From NCBI GenBank assembly GCA_002269645.1, contig NIVC01004341.1, positions 1 through 49,513 on the forward strand: a stretch of DNA of 49,513 nt. Reading direction: 5' to 3'. Under the pieces are notes generated by a model. That model was not told where the DNA came from and made no database searches. It saw only the letters and a list, made by a program, of their open reading frames with translations. A program made the position numbers and the translations under genes. Numbering within the stretch: the first letter of the stretch is position 1; the number at the start of each line of letters is the position of its first letter. This document shows, one piece after another, positions 25,819-35,974 of the stretch. The DNA is from Macrostomum lignano (Eukaryota).

Positions 25819-26278
25819 AACCATGAGTCACCTGTGCCCCTCACCGCTCACCAACCATGAGTCACCTGTGCTCAATACAGCTCACCAACCATGAGTCACC
25901 TGTGCTCAATACAGCTCACCAACCATGAGTCACCTGTGCCCATCATCGCTCACCAAACATGAGTCACCTGTGCCCATCACCGCTCACCAACCATGAGTCA
26001 CCTGTGCTCAATACAGCTCACCAACCATGAGTCACCTGTGCCCATCACCGCTCACCAACCATGAGTCACCTGTGCCCATCACCGCTCACCAACCATGAGT
26101 CACCTGTGCCCATCACGGCTCACTAACCATGAGTCACCTGTGCCCATCACCGCTCACCAACCATGAGTCACCTGTGCCCATCACCGCTCACTAACCATGA
26201 GTCACCTGTGCCCATCACCGCTCACCAACCATGAGTCACCTGTGCCCATCACCGCTCACCAACCATGAGTCACTTGTG
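25819..26278. repeat. 34-bp minisatellite A, array 2
   Basis: Same unit and orientation as 20640-21890. Confidence 0.97.
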
Positions 26279-26594
26279 ATTTGGAAACCTGTGCCCTGCT
26301 TCTGTCATGTGAGCAGGTGCTTCAGCAATTTGATAACGCATTTCTTTTTGATGAAAAAATCAGAGATCGGTTTGGATTTATGATGAATGCAATTTCGATT
26401 GTATTTATTTGTTTTCCAAATTGCCCAACCGATATTTTGTATCGACTTAGATTCAACCAACAGTTTTTCAACGGTTTTTCTTCACCCTGAAAGCTTTCAC
26501 CGGAATTGGCTTCAGTGGCGGAGTTGAAATTTTTGTCTGTGCATTTTTCCGTCCGGATAACTGCCGTCCTTATCTGAAATTTTTTGTGGTAGAT

Positions 26595-27205
26595 AGTCTA
26601 GCAATCCATCATACAGTTTAGCAATCCAGCATGCACAGTCTAGCAATCCAGCATGCACAGTCTAGCAATCCAGCATGCACAGTCTAGCAATCCAGCATGC
26701 ACAGTCTAGCAATCCAGCATGCACAGTCTAGCAATCCAGCATGCACAGTCTAGCAATCCAGCATGCACAGCACAGTCTAGCAATCCAGCATGCACAGTCT
26801 AGCAATCCAGCATGCACAGTCTAGCAATCCAGCATGCACAGTCTAGCAATCCAGCATGCACAGTCTAGCAATCCAGCATGCACAGTCTAGCAATCCAGCA
26901 TGCACAGTCTAGCAATCCAGCATGCACAGTCTAGCAATCCAGCATGCACAGTCTAGCAATCCAGCATGCACAGTCTAGCAATCCAGCATGCACAGTCTAG
27001 CAATCCAGCATGCACAGTCTAGCAATCCAGCATGCACAGTCTAGCAATCCAGCATGCACAGTCTAGCAATCCAGCATGCACAGCACAGTCTAGCAATCCA
27101 GCATGCACAGTCTAGCAATCCAGCATGCACAGTCTAGCAATCCAGCATGCACAGTCTAGCAATCCAGCATGCACAGTCTAGCAATCCAGCATGCACAGTC
27201 TAGCT
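26595..27205. repeat. 22-bp minisatellite B, array 2
   Basis: Same unit as 22275-22848, directly 3' of neuropeptide ORF 2. Confidence 0.97.
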
Positions 27206-27219
27206 ATCTATTTATCATG

Positions 27220-27459
27220 TTAGGAGCCGCACCTTCCATAGTTGCTGGCAAACCTTAGAGTGCCTCTAAAGCCTCTCTTTTCAGCCTGGGCGGCGGCCCT
27301 CTGCCTCAGCAGCGACAGCAGCAGGGCCTCCTCTGCATCCGCCCACAGCCAATCTTTCAGTTCGGCAGCTGCTGCAGGACGGCCTTCAGCGGGGCTCCAT
27401 AGGGCGACTGCGAGCACCAGGAGCAGCGGCAGGACGACCTTCAGGACTGGGCACTTCAT
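27220..27459 (-). CDS. Neuropeptide precursor 2 (paralogue); predicted GFRGTLRFASNY-amide
   Basis: Same signal peptide, EEALLLSLLRQRAAAQAEKR, and peptide-GR layout as copy 1, with a shorter propeptide. Confidence 0.8.
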   Translation of the reverse strand: MKCPVLKVVLPLLLVLAVALWSPAEGRPAAAAELKDWLWADAEEALLLSLLRQRAAAQAEKRGFRGTLRFASNYGRCGS

Positions 27460-27504
27460 CGTTGTGAGCTGGGCTTGCGCAATGAGCTTAGTTGAGGGTG
27501 ATTT

Positions 27505-27920
27505 GTGAGAGTGGGATGGGTGAGAGTGAGATGAGTGAGAGTGAGATGAGTGAGAGTGAGATGAGTGAGAGTGAGATGAGTGAGAGTGAGATGAGTGAGA
27601 GTGAGATGAGTGAGAGTGAGATGAGTGAGAGTGAGATGGGGGATCGGTGAGAGTGAGATGAGATTGTGAGAGTCAGAGTGAGATGAGATTGTGAGAGTCA
27701 GAGTGAGATAGGTGAGAGTGATATGGGTGAGAGTGAGATGGGTGAGAGTGATATGGGTGAGAGTGATATGGGTGAGAGTGATATGGATGAGAGTGAGATG
27801 GGTGAGAGTGATATGGGTGAGAGTGAAATGAGTGAGAGTAAAATAAGTGAGAGTGAAATGAGTGAGAGTGAAATGAGTGAGAGTGAAATGAGTGAGAGTG
27901 ACATAAGTGAGAGTGAGAAT
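27505..27920. repeat. GAGTGA-based repeat in the 5'-UTR intron of neuropeptide gene 2
   Basis: Tandem 15-bp-like units. Confidence 0.9.
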
Positions 27921-27966
27921 AGAGCACTACAACCGTGAGAGCCAGGGCAGCTGGCGGGAATCTCAC

Positions 27967-28096
27967 CTGAAGCTGTAGCACGGGAATTCGGTGGAGTTCG
28001 AGATCAGAGAGTCTCCAGGCGGCAGGGATCGCTGAGCTGATCAGGGCACCCTCAGTTTATAGGCGACTTGACCGAGTGGGCGCACCGGCAGCCAAT
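27967..28096 (-). promoter_or_regulatory. Core promoter and non-coding first exon of neuropeptide gene 2
   Basis: CCAAT at 28092-28096, CTATAAA at 28062-28056 (-), donor at 27967; nearly identical to 23608-23737. Confidence 0.75.
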
Positions 28097-28489
28097 GGGA
28101 CCGGCTGGGCGTTAACCCGAATATCCGTGAAGCCGGCCGTGCCAATCAATTCAAGACGCATCGAGTGCCATATCTGGATGTTTTTGATTAACCGAGTGAA
28201 AACGCATCGCTTGTGAAAGTCCAGGAGCGTGACAAAGGGTTTTATTCCAAAGAGTTATTTTCGTTCAAAATTCATTTGATATTTTTCTGTAAATACAAAT
28301 TAATTGCAGTCAAAAAGCAATTCGCTGTGATTGCTCCCAGCAGCTGTCAGAGATAAGGGCTGTCGTGTCGCCTAATTGCTTTGCGAATAAACTCATTGCA
28401 TGCTCTAAAAATGGAAAAAATACGGCAATTAATCTGCTTTATTGGCTGCTGTTTGATGCCTGTGTGCGCTGCAATGCAGATTGCGCTTA

Positions 28490-28635
28490 TTCTATTGAGC
28501 GCTTATTCCACTGGGAGCTTATTCCACTGGGAGCTTATTCCACTGGGTGCTTATTCCACTGGGTGCTTATTCCACTGGCTGCTTATTCCACTGGCTGCTT
28601 ATTCCACTGGGTGCTTATTCCACTGGGTGCTTGTC
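28490..28635. repeat. 16-bp minisatellite (TTATTCCACTGGGTGC)
   Basis: Tandem copies. Confidence 0.9.
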
Positions 28636-28924
28636 CCATTGATTGCTTAAATTTCCTGTTCCGTAATGGTTTCTCACCTTTTCAATTCAAATATCGACCG
28701 AACATCATTAACATTAACAGTAGCATGTTGAGAGCTTGGTTTTTTCTTGGTCAATAACATTCCTGTAGATAATATATGAATGTAATAACATCTGTAATGA
28801 AAACGTTGTTTGTTTTAACCTTAGCTGCTTCAAAGAGTACACTGAACTTGTCGATGAAGTCGTCAATGCTTAGCATTTTAAATCATGCCCGTTTGTTTGA
28901 GTCTAGGTCTAAACGTCTATCCCT

Positions 28925-29163
28925 ACTCACCGCTCACCAACCATGAGTCACCTGTGCCTCTCATCGCTCACCAACCATGAGTCACCTGTGCCCCTCACCG
29001 CTCACCAACCATGAGTCACCTGTGCTTCTCATCGCTCACCAACCATGAGTCACCTGTGCCCCTCACCGCTCACCAACCATGAGTCACCTGTGCCTCTCAT
29101 CGCTCACCAACCATGAGTCACCTGTGCCCCTCACCGCTCACCAACCATGAGTCCCCTGTGCCT
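28925..29163. repeat. 34-bp minisatellite A, array 3
   Basis: Same unit and orientation as arrays 1 and 2. Confidence 0.95.
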
Positions 29164-29864
29164 GTCAATACAGGTACTGGTTACAACTTATAATTTTTCG
29201 TCAGGCAAACTGATAAAGCTTAGAGCAAACCGTATTTGAAACTATAGTTATTCGATGGTGATTTCAGGCATTAATGCATAGGTAAATATGAATTCTGGCC
29301 ACTTGGCAAGCGGTAGGTTTCAAAATATATTCGGCCATCTAATGAGTAGAAACCTAGAAAAGTTTCTGTATAATTGAAAACCAATCAGTCGATAAATATA
29401 TGCATAGTATATATAATGTGACATCGCTAAAATCTTTGGAACATGGAATGCGGACAGCAACTGATTTTTTAGTTTCTTAAAAATATCAGATATAATATTT
29501 CAGGCGCACACACGTAAATAGGCAAATATTTATATGAAATGAAGAGATTGAGCTGACAAAACGAGAGGCAGATGGTTATTAAAACAGTGTCAGTGTACAT
29601 TGAATGTTCATTGGGGATAGGGAGAAGAGACAGTGAAAGCATCCCAGCCAATCAGGGGCTTTTTATCTAATCTATTTACTGTACTTTTGTAATAGAAATT
29701 TTCTCTAACGACATTTCTTGAAAAACCTGAGAGACACACCAGTGCTCAGATGAGAAAACGTACAGTCAACGTCGAAATATTCGTAATCATGTAATTGTTC
29801 TTGTCAGTGAAATTGATAAACAAACTGATGGAGAATCCCCCATTTGCTGCCACAACTGAACAGA

Positions 29865-30310
29865 TCTTGGCTATAGACAATAAAACTACTCTTGGCCATA
29901 GACAATAAAACTACTCTTGGCCATAGACAATAAAACTACTCTTGGCCATAGACAATAAAACTACTCTTGGCCATAGACAACAAATCTGCTCTTGGCCATA
30001 GACAACAAATCTGCTCTTGGCCATAGACAATAAAACTACTCTTGACCATAGACAATAAATCTGCTCTTGGCCATAGACAATAAATCTGTTCTTGGCCATA
30101 GACAATAAATCTGCTCTTGGCCATAGACAATAAAACTACTCTTGACCATAGACAATAAATCTGCTCTTGGCCATAGACAACAAATCTGCTCTTGGCCATA
30201 GACAATAAATCTGCTCTTGGCCATAGACAACAAATCTGCTCTTGGCCATAGACAATAAATCTGCTCTTGGCCATAGACAATAAATCTGTTCTTGGCCATA
30301 GACAATAAAA
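29865..30310. repeat. 25-bp minisatellite (CTCTTGGCCATAGACAATAAATCTG)
   Basis: Tandem copies. Confidence 0.95.
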
Positions 30311-30505
30311 CTAGATTCGTAATTTCCCATTCGAGCACTGAGACAGACCCAGTTAATTAGTATTTGATGGATTGATGGCTGGATTTGAGCTGCAGAGTCC
30401 AGTTTCATTCCGCTGGGTATAGAACTACTCGTATTTTAAAAAGAGTTCACACATTGAATACGTAATGAGGCTTTGTTCAGCTCCATAGAGGGAGATCTGG
30501 GCGGC

Positions 30506-30814
30506 TCACATCCCAAGGGCGTCAAGCAGGCGCCGGAACTCGGAGAAGTCGATGAACCCATCCCGGTTGGTGTCGGCGTGGCGGATCATCTGGCGGACGT
30601 CCTCCTCGGAGATCTCCTCACCCAAGCTGCTCATGACGCTCTTGAGCTCCTCTGGGCTGATGAAGCCGTCACCGTTCTTGTCGAAGGCTTTGAACAGCTC
30701 TTGAAGGTCCTCGGTGCTGGCCGCCTGGCTGCCGCTACGGTTTTCCATCATGCTGATGAACTCCTCGAATTCGATGGTGCCGTTGCCATCCAAGTCGACG
30801 TCCTTGATCATGTC
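30506..30814 (-). CDS. Calmodulin-like protein, exon 2 (EF-hands 2-4)
   Basis: Acceptor CCTTCCAG|GAC; loops DLDGNGTIEFEE, DKNGDGFISPEE, DTNRDGFIDFSE; stop at 30506. Confidence 0.93.
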   Translation of the reverse strand, partial: DMIKDVDLDGNGTIEFEEFISMMENRSGSQAASTEDLQELFKAFDKNGDGFISPEELKSVMSSLGEEISEEDVRQMIRHADTNRDGFIDFSEFRRLLDALGM

Positions 30815-31724
30815 CTGGAAGGTTGAAGGTTGATCTAGCTGACATAGTGGCTGCTTCTATCTATCTAGGTATGTGACTGATTTCAGAATAACAGCTTGCA
30901 GCTAAAAAAAGAATTTCGACATAAAATACGCATATGAGAGTTGCTGTGATGTCAAGGCTGATAGGGGGAATTGCTGTAATACTGTGGCTCAAGGCTCATG
31001 TTAGGAAGTGCGGAAAGTTCAAGGTTCATGTGGGGAATTGCTGAGATGCCGAGGGTCAATTCAGAGTCAGTGACTGTACAATGTCAGAATCTACGTGTAA
31101 TTTATTAAAAAATATTTCTTTCTTTCTTTCTTGCCTCCAAAATCAATACCGGTTGATGACGTAATCTTGAAAGTGATCCTTAAAGCTTAGGTACAAAATA
31201 AATTTCAATTCATTGCCACTAATACCGTCCAAGGAAGAGCACTGAGAAGTTTTTTCAGTTAATCTAATAAGACTAATAAAATGGTCATTCACAAGTTTCT
31301 AATCAAAGCAATTCATAGTCTATGGTCGATCATGCGCTGTAACTCACTCTCACTTGCATCCAATCACTGAAACTTAGTAAATGGTTGCTAGAATAACTAT
31401 AGGGAGATGGAATTGAGACAATTAGGTATAAAGCGATGAAAACGAAATAGGGCATATTTGAGCGAGATACTCTATGTCGACATTTATAAGCTGAATGAAA
31501 GCATACAATACACGATTGAGCGTAATATGGGGTGGGACGATCAATAAAGAGTGAAAGTGGTGCGATCAATAATTTTGGGACTGTACGTACGAGCAAGATA
31601 AATATGCTAACCTCTAATTGAGCGTACATTTAGCTATTGCAAACGTAAAAGTATAAGAAATACGGTGATACAGTGGCAGCTCCAGAACATCTATTGTCAA
31701 ACGTCTAAGCGGTACGCAATGATA

Positions 31725-31857
31725 GATTGTGTCTATGGTTATGGAGGCAGACAATGGTAGATTGTGTCTATGGTTATGGAGGCAGACAATGGTAGATTGT
31801 GTCTATGGTTTTGGAGGCAGACATGGTAGATTGTGTCTATGGTTTTGGAGGCAGACA
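31725..31857. repeat. 35-bp repeat x~4 (GATTGTGTCTATGGTTATGGAGGCAGACAATGGTA)
   Basis: Direct repeats in the calmodulin-like intron. Confidence 0.9.
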
Positions 31858-31964
31858 ATATAGTTGATGCTACAAGTGAGTAAAATACGACAGAATCTAC
31901 GACAAAATATTGTTTAAATTCTTCAAACCACAAGATATTTCAGACATAAGCATTTAACCAATAC

Positions 31965-32120
31965 CTTAATCTCCTCTTTGCTGGGTTCCTGGCCGAGATT
32001 CCGCATCACCGTGGCGAGCTCCTTGGCTGAGATTCGGCCGTCTCCGTTTTTGTCGAACATTTTAAAGGCCTCCGTGTACTCGTTGATTTGAGTCGGAGTC
32101 AGTTTGTGTCGCTGTGACAT
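31965..32120 (-). CDS. Calmodulin-like protein, exon 1 (EF-hand 1)
   Basis: MSQRHKLTPTQINEYTEAFKMFDKNGDGRISAKELATVMRNLGQEPSKEEIK; donor AAG|GTATT, phase 0. Joined product is 154 aa with four EF-hands, too divergent to be canonical calmodulin. Confidence 0.93.
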
Positions 32121-34504
32121 GATTGAGGCCGGCTTTTGAAAGCTTTAAGATTGAAGGAATTGTGACAGGCTGAACCGTTGGTTACCCAGAGCTGGGACAG
32201 AGCCGCAGGCGGGCAATGCTATAAAATAAATAAGGTGAGAAGCGAAACCAGGTAACGACAAGTTTCAGTCGGGCACAATGAGACACGACAGATGGACCAA
32301 CAGAATAGAGAAAGAAAAGAGAGAAGCACAAGCTCTGGCTACTAGCTATAGTTTTGAGCAGTTGGTGTTTGTTTTGTACATTATCATACACTAATCAATG
32401 TATGGCGGCTGAGAGAGAGAGAAAGAGAGGTTCAGGGGTAGGAAAAACTTGGCGGCATTGTGTTGACTGCTGCCTACAAAGATGCTCACCATTATGCTAT
32501 TTGAGACAGAACAGCAGAGTACAGCAGTGTAAGTGCTATGCACAGATATGGGGTGAAACGACAGGCTTGCGCAAAAAAATACCATTAGCTATTGTTCTTT
32601 GCACAGTCGCATTAACTGTGCTCAAAGTGGGGAGGGGGCTGGGGGTTGAGGTAGAGAAACTCAACAACTGAGTAGCTAACAAACGAAACTCGAACCTGGA
32701 GCTCCGAAAAAAATGCAAGGAGCTCGTGTGACGTCGACTGGATTCTAAAATTAGAACAGGTATTCGTTTTTAAACAGTTTTTTCAAAGCCTTATTTGCCA
32801 GTTAGAGAGCGACAATCGTCTTTGGTCAACAGTAAATCAAGTTTTGCATTCTGTTTGGACTGTTTACGTGACCAAAGCATAGAGAGCAGTTAACTTTAGC
32901 ATTCAAACTGAGCAACTTCTTAACTTTTTAAAATACTTTCAAATTTTTAAATATTCCAACTATGCATGACGTTGTCTAAAAAGGCGATTTTTTATGTTAA
33001 ATTGGTTTTGTCATTATTTTAAACGTTTTTTCAAGTGACAGACCAATTTAACATGAAAAATCGATTAATGAGTCGTTAGAGCAGCTTGTTGTCACAAAAT
33101 AGTGTAATTAGGACTTTCTCTGTCACTGTTAAGAGACCCAATCACTGTTTTAGTGTTGAAAATCGTGAAATTTCCTATCTCCGTATTGTATTTTTCCGGT
33201 GAAACCTGCCTTTAAAACTATTTCTGAATAAAAAGCTTTATGAATATCAATAGAGCAATAAGAAAGACACAACATATCACAAGATGAACACTGGATCTGC
33301 CTCCTATCAAAAGCAAAAACAATTTTTGTGCTGAAAAAATCAAAACCTCCTATCTCTGTAGTGTATTTTTCGGCGAAAAGTTGCCTTCAAAACATTTACC
33401 ATTGATTTCGAGTGTAGCGTCCCATATATATGTTATTTGAGTAGTCCTTGTGCTATCTATGGTCACGTGATGCTAGCTTTCCACTAGCACACAGGCCCTA
33501 TACGAATTGGACGCAAAAGTTAACTGCTATTTATGGTCACGTGACGCTAGCTTTCCACTAGCGCACAAGACCCTTACCCAAATAAAATGCAAAATGATGG
33601 CTCTATACGTAAACCTAAAACTTTAGGTTTAAGGCAATATACGAGCTTCGTAGCGATGGTATCACAGAAAGATAGTTAAGAAACAAGTATAAAGATGTGG
33701 TGGTAAAAGTACAATCTCACCAGGGCTCTTTTCTCCAGATTTCTCCACAGAACTTAGTTCTGTAAGTTCTGTGGATTTCTCTGCTCTCTCTACCCCTCTC
33801 TCTCTCTCTCTATCTTTCTCTCTGGATGTCATAGACAACACAATAGACAGAAATAATAGAGAAAGATGAGAATTAAGCAAAGAAACAAGTGTATGCTTGT
33901 ATCTGCGCAAGCTAGCTAGTTGAGTGTAAGTGACAGGTAGAGTTGCATGAACCTCTGGATACCTGATTCGGAACGGGACCAGTGGCTCATTTGGAAATGA
34001 GAAACATTAATAAGCAACACGATGCATGCGTCCTGTTTAATATTTGAAATTTGTTAAAGATTAAAAATAAAACATTCTGTACTGGTTACAAGTCCGTTCC
34101 CGTTTCCAAACCGGCTGTTTCAAACGTCCATGGCTGGGAGACAACTTGAGCTGCAGGAGCAAACAGAAACAAATTTAAAAGGCTTGACCAGTTCTTGCAA
34201 CTGTTCTCTATCCAAGCATAGAATAATAATAAGTAAAATTTCACACGAAACAGCTGACAAAAGTTTTTAGTCGTTCATTTCTGTTTCGTTTTAGCCAAGA
34301 CTAATTGGTTACCTGCTTTTCATCTTGCTGTTGTGTTTGACAGGCTTCTACAGATCAAACTAACGGCTCCCGATAATTGCAGCTGTGTTCCTGCATCGAA
34401 TAGCTTTAGGAGATGACAGCATGTGCTGTGAAACTCTGCCGATGACTGATTGGCCACAGCAGCTAAGCTGCCCGCGGCCAGGCTAACGAGGGATCGTTTC
34501 ACAG

Positions 34505-34513
34505 GCTCCAAGT

Positions 34514-34544
<31 letters not shown>

Positions 34545-34571
34545 GGCAAACAGACAGGCAGACAGACAGAC

Positions 34572-34638
<67 letters not shown>

Positions 34639-34687
34639 GGCAGACAGACAGGCACAGACAGACAGACAGACAGGCAGACAGACAGGC

Positions 34688-34738
<51 letters not shown>

Positions 34739-34810
34739 GGCAGACAGACAGGCACAGACAGACAGACAGACAGGCAGACAGACAGGCACAGACAGACAGG
34801 CAGACAGGCA
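34505..34810. repeat. (ACAG)n microsatellite
   Basis: Tetranucleotide run, followed by a TATAAA at ~34813. Confidence 0.97.
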
Positions 34811-35302
34811 GGTATAAAGAGCCGGTCACGAAGGAGTTGCAGGTGCAAAGCTGCCCGGTTCGGTAATGCCCCCCTCCCAAATTGCTTACGTGCGGCGCTT
34901 CATCTCCTCTCGCTATTTGAGGTCCGCTTCACCTGTGCACTTTTTCGTCTCCCCTCCCCTCGCAAGCCAGTCCAGTTAGCAGTTGCCCGTTCATCAAGGC
35001 TGGACCTGCTGGATCCCACAACAGCCCGCCAATCTTCTTGCCCTGCCTTCCCCAATGCGAACCGTTCACTTCAGCCGATAACAAAGTGAAAAGTTTGCGC
35101 AGGTGAACCGCGAGCTACGCAGGTGGATTCTAGCCTTACCTGAGCTTAGTTAATGCAGCCTTGGAACGCTGGTTCTCGGACGCAAAAGCTTTCAGCCCTG
35201 ATTCAGTTAGCAAGACTGCTTACTTCACACTGGAGTATTTTGAATATTTTTCACCAAATTGTCTTCTTCGTTGCGGACCTGACCTGACCTGCTGACTTCT
35301 AA

Positions 35303-35656
35303 TCAGCAGTCAGCAGTCAGCAGTCAGCAGTCAGCAGTCAGCAGTCAGCAGTCAGCAGTCAGCAGTCAGCAGTCAGCAGTCAGCAGTCAGCAGTCAGCAG
35401 TCAGCAGTCAGCAGTCAGCAGTCAGCAGTCAGCAGTCAGCAGTCAGCAGTCAGCAGTCAGCAGTCAGCAGTCAGCAGTCAGCAATCAGCAGTCAGCAGTC
35501 AGCAGTCAGCAGTCAGCAGTCAGCAGTCAGCAGTCAGCAGTCAGCAGTCAGCAGTCAGCAGTCAGCAGTCAGCAGTCAGCAGTCAGCAGTCAGCAGTCAG
35601 CAGTCAGCAGTCAGCAGTCAGCAGTCAGCAGTCAGCAGTCAGCAGTCAGCAGTCAG
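35303..35656. repeat. (CAGCAGT)n heptamer array
   Basis: About 50 near-perfect copies ending just before GCGGCACCATG. Confidence 0.97.
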
Positions 35657-35663
35657 CGGCACC

Positions 35664-35944
35664 ATGCTGTCAGCAGCCGGTGTGAACAGTGGCGCCGGCC
35701 GTCTCAGAGACTGCTGGTACACCAGCGGCGGCGGCGCGGTCAGATTCTACCCGATGGACCCGCCGACGATGTCCAACAGGCGGTCCGTCCGCTACCTGCA
35801 CAAGTTCCGCTTTGGTGACACCTACCAGCTGAAGAGTCGCAGCTGGTTGCTGCCGCAGTTTCTCAGCGGCGCGCTGACCATGTGCGGAGTGATCTTCACC
35901 TTGGTGGGCATTATCTGCCTGCAGATTAATAAATACCTGCGCAG
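35664..35944 (+). CDS. Membrane protein of unknown family, first coding exon (TM1)
   Basis: ACCATG context, GC-rich coding style, hydrophobic FLSGALTMCGVIFTLVGIICL; strong donor CAG|GTAAGT, phase 2. Confidence 0.7.
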
Positions 35945-35974
35945 GTAAGTTAAGAGCTACATGTACTTTCCGGC

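Noticed and set aside
22862-27459. FMRFamide-like (LRF-amide) interpretation of the neuropeptides
   Set aside because: RFG in copy 1 has no following basic site and copy 2 has RFA; the conserved amidation signal is the downstream Y-G-R.
20640-29163. 34-bp arrays (also 14600-14740 and 40822-41381) as CRISPR arrays
   Set aside because: Units are head-to-tail without unique spacers, no cas genes, eukaryotic context.
30473-30826. Plus-strand 117-aa ORF; likewise 42723-42914 and 14152-14523
   Set aside because: Antisense or alternate-frame shadows of well-supported coding exons.
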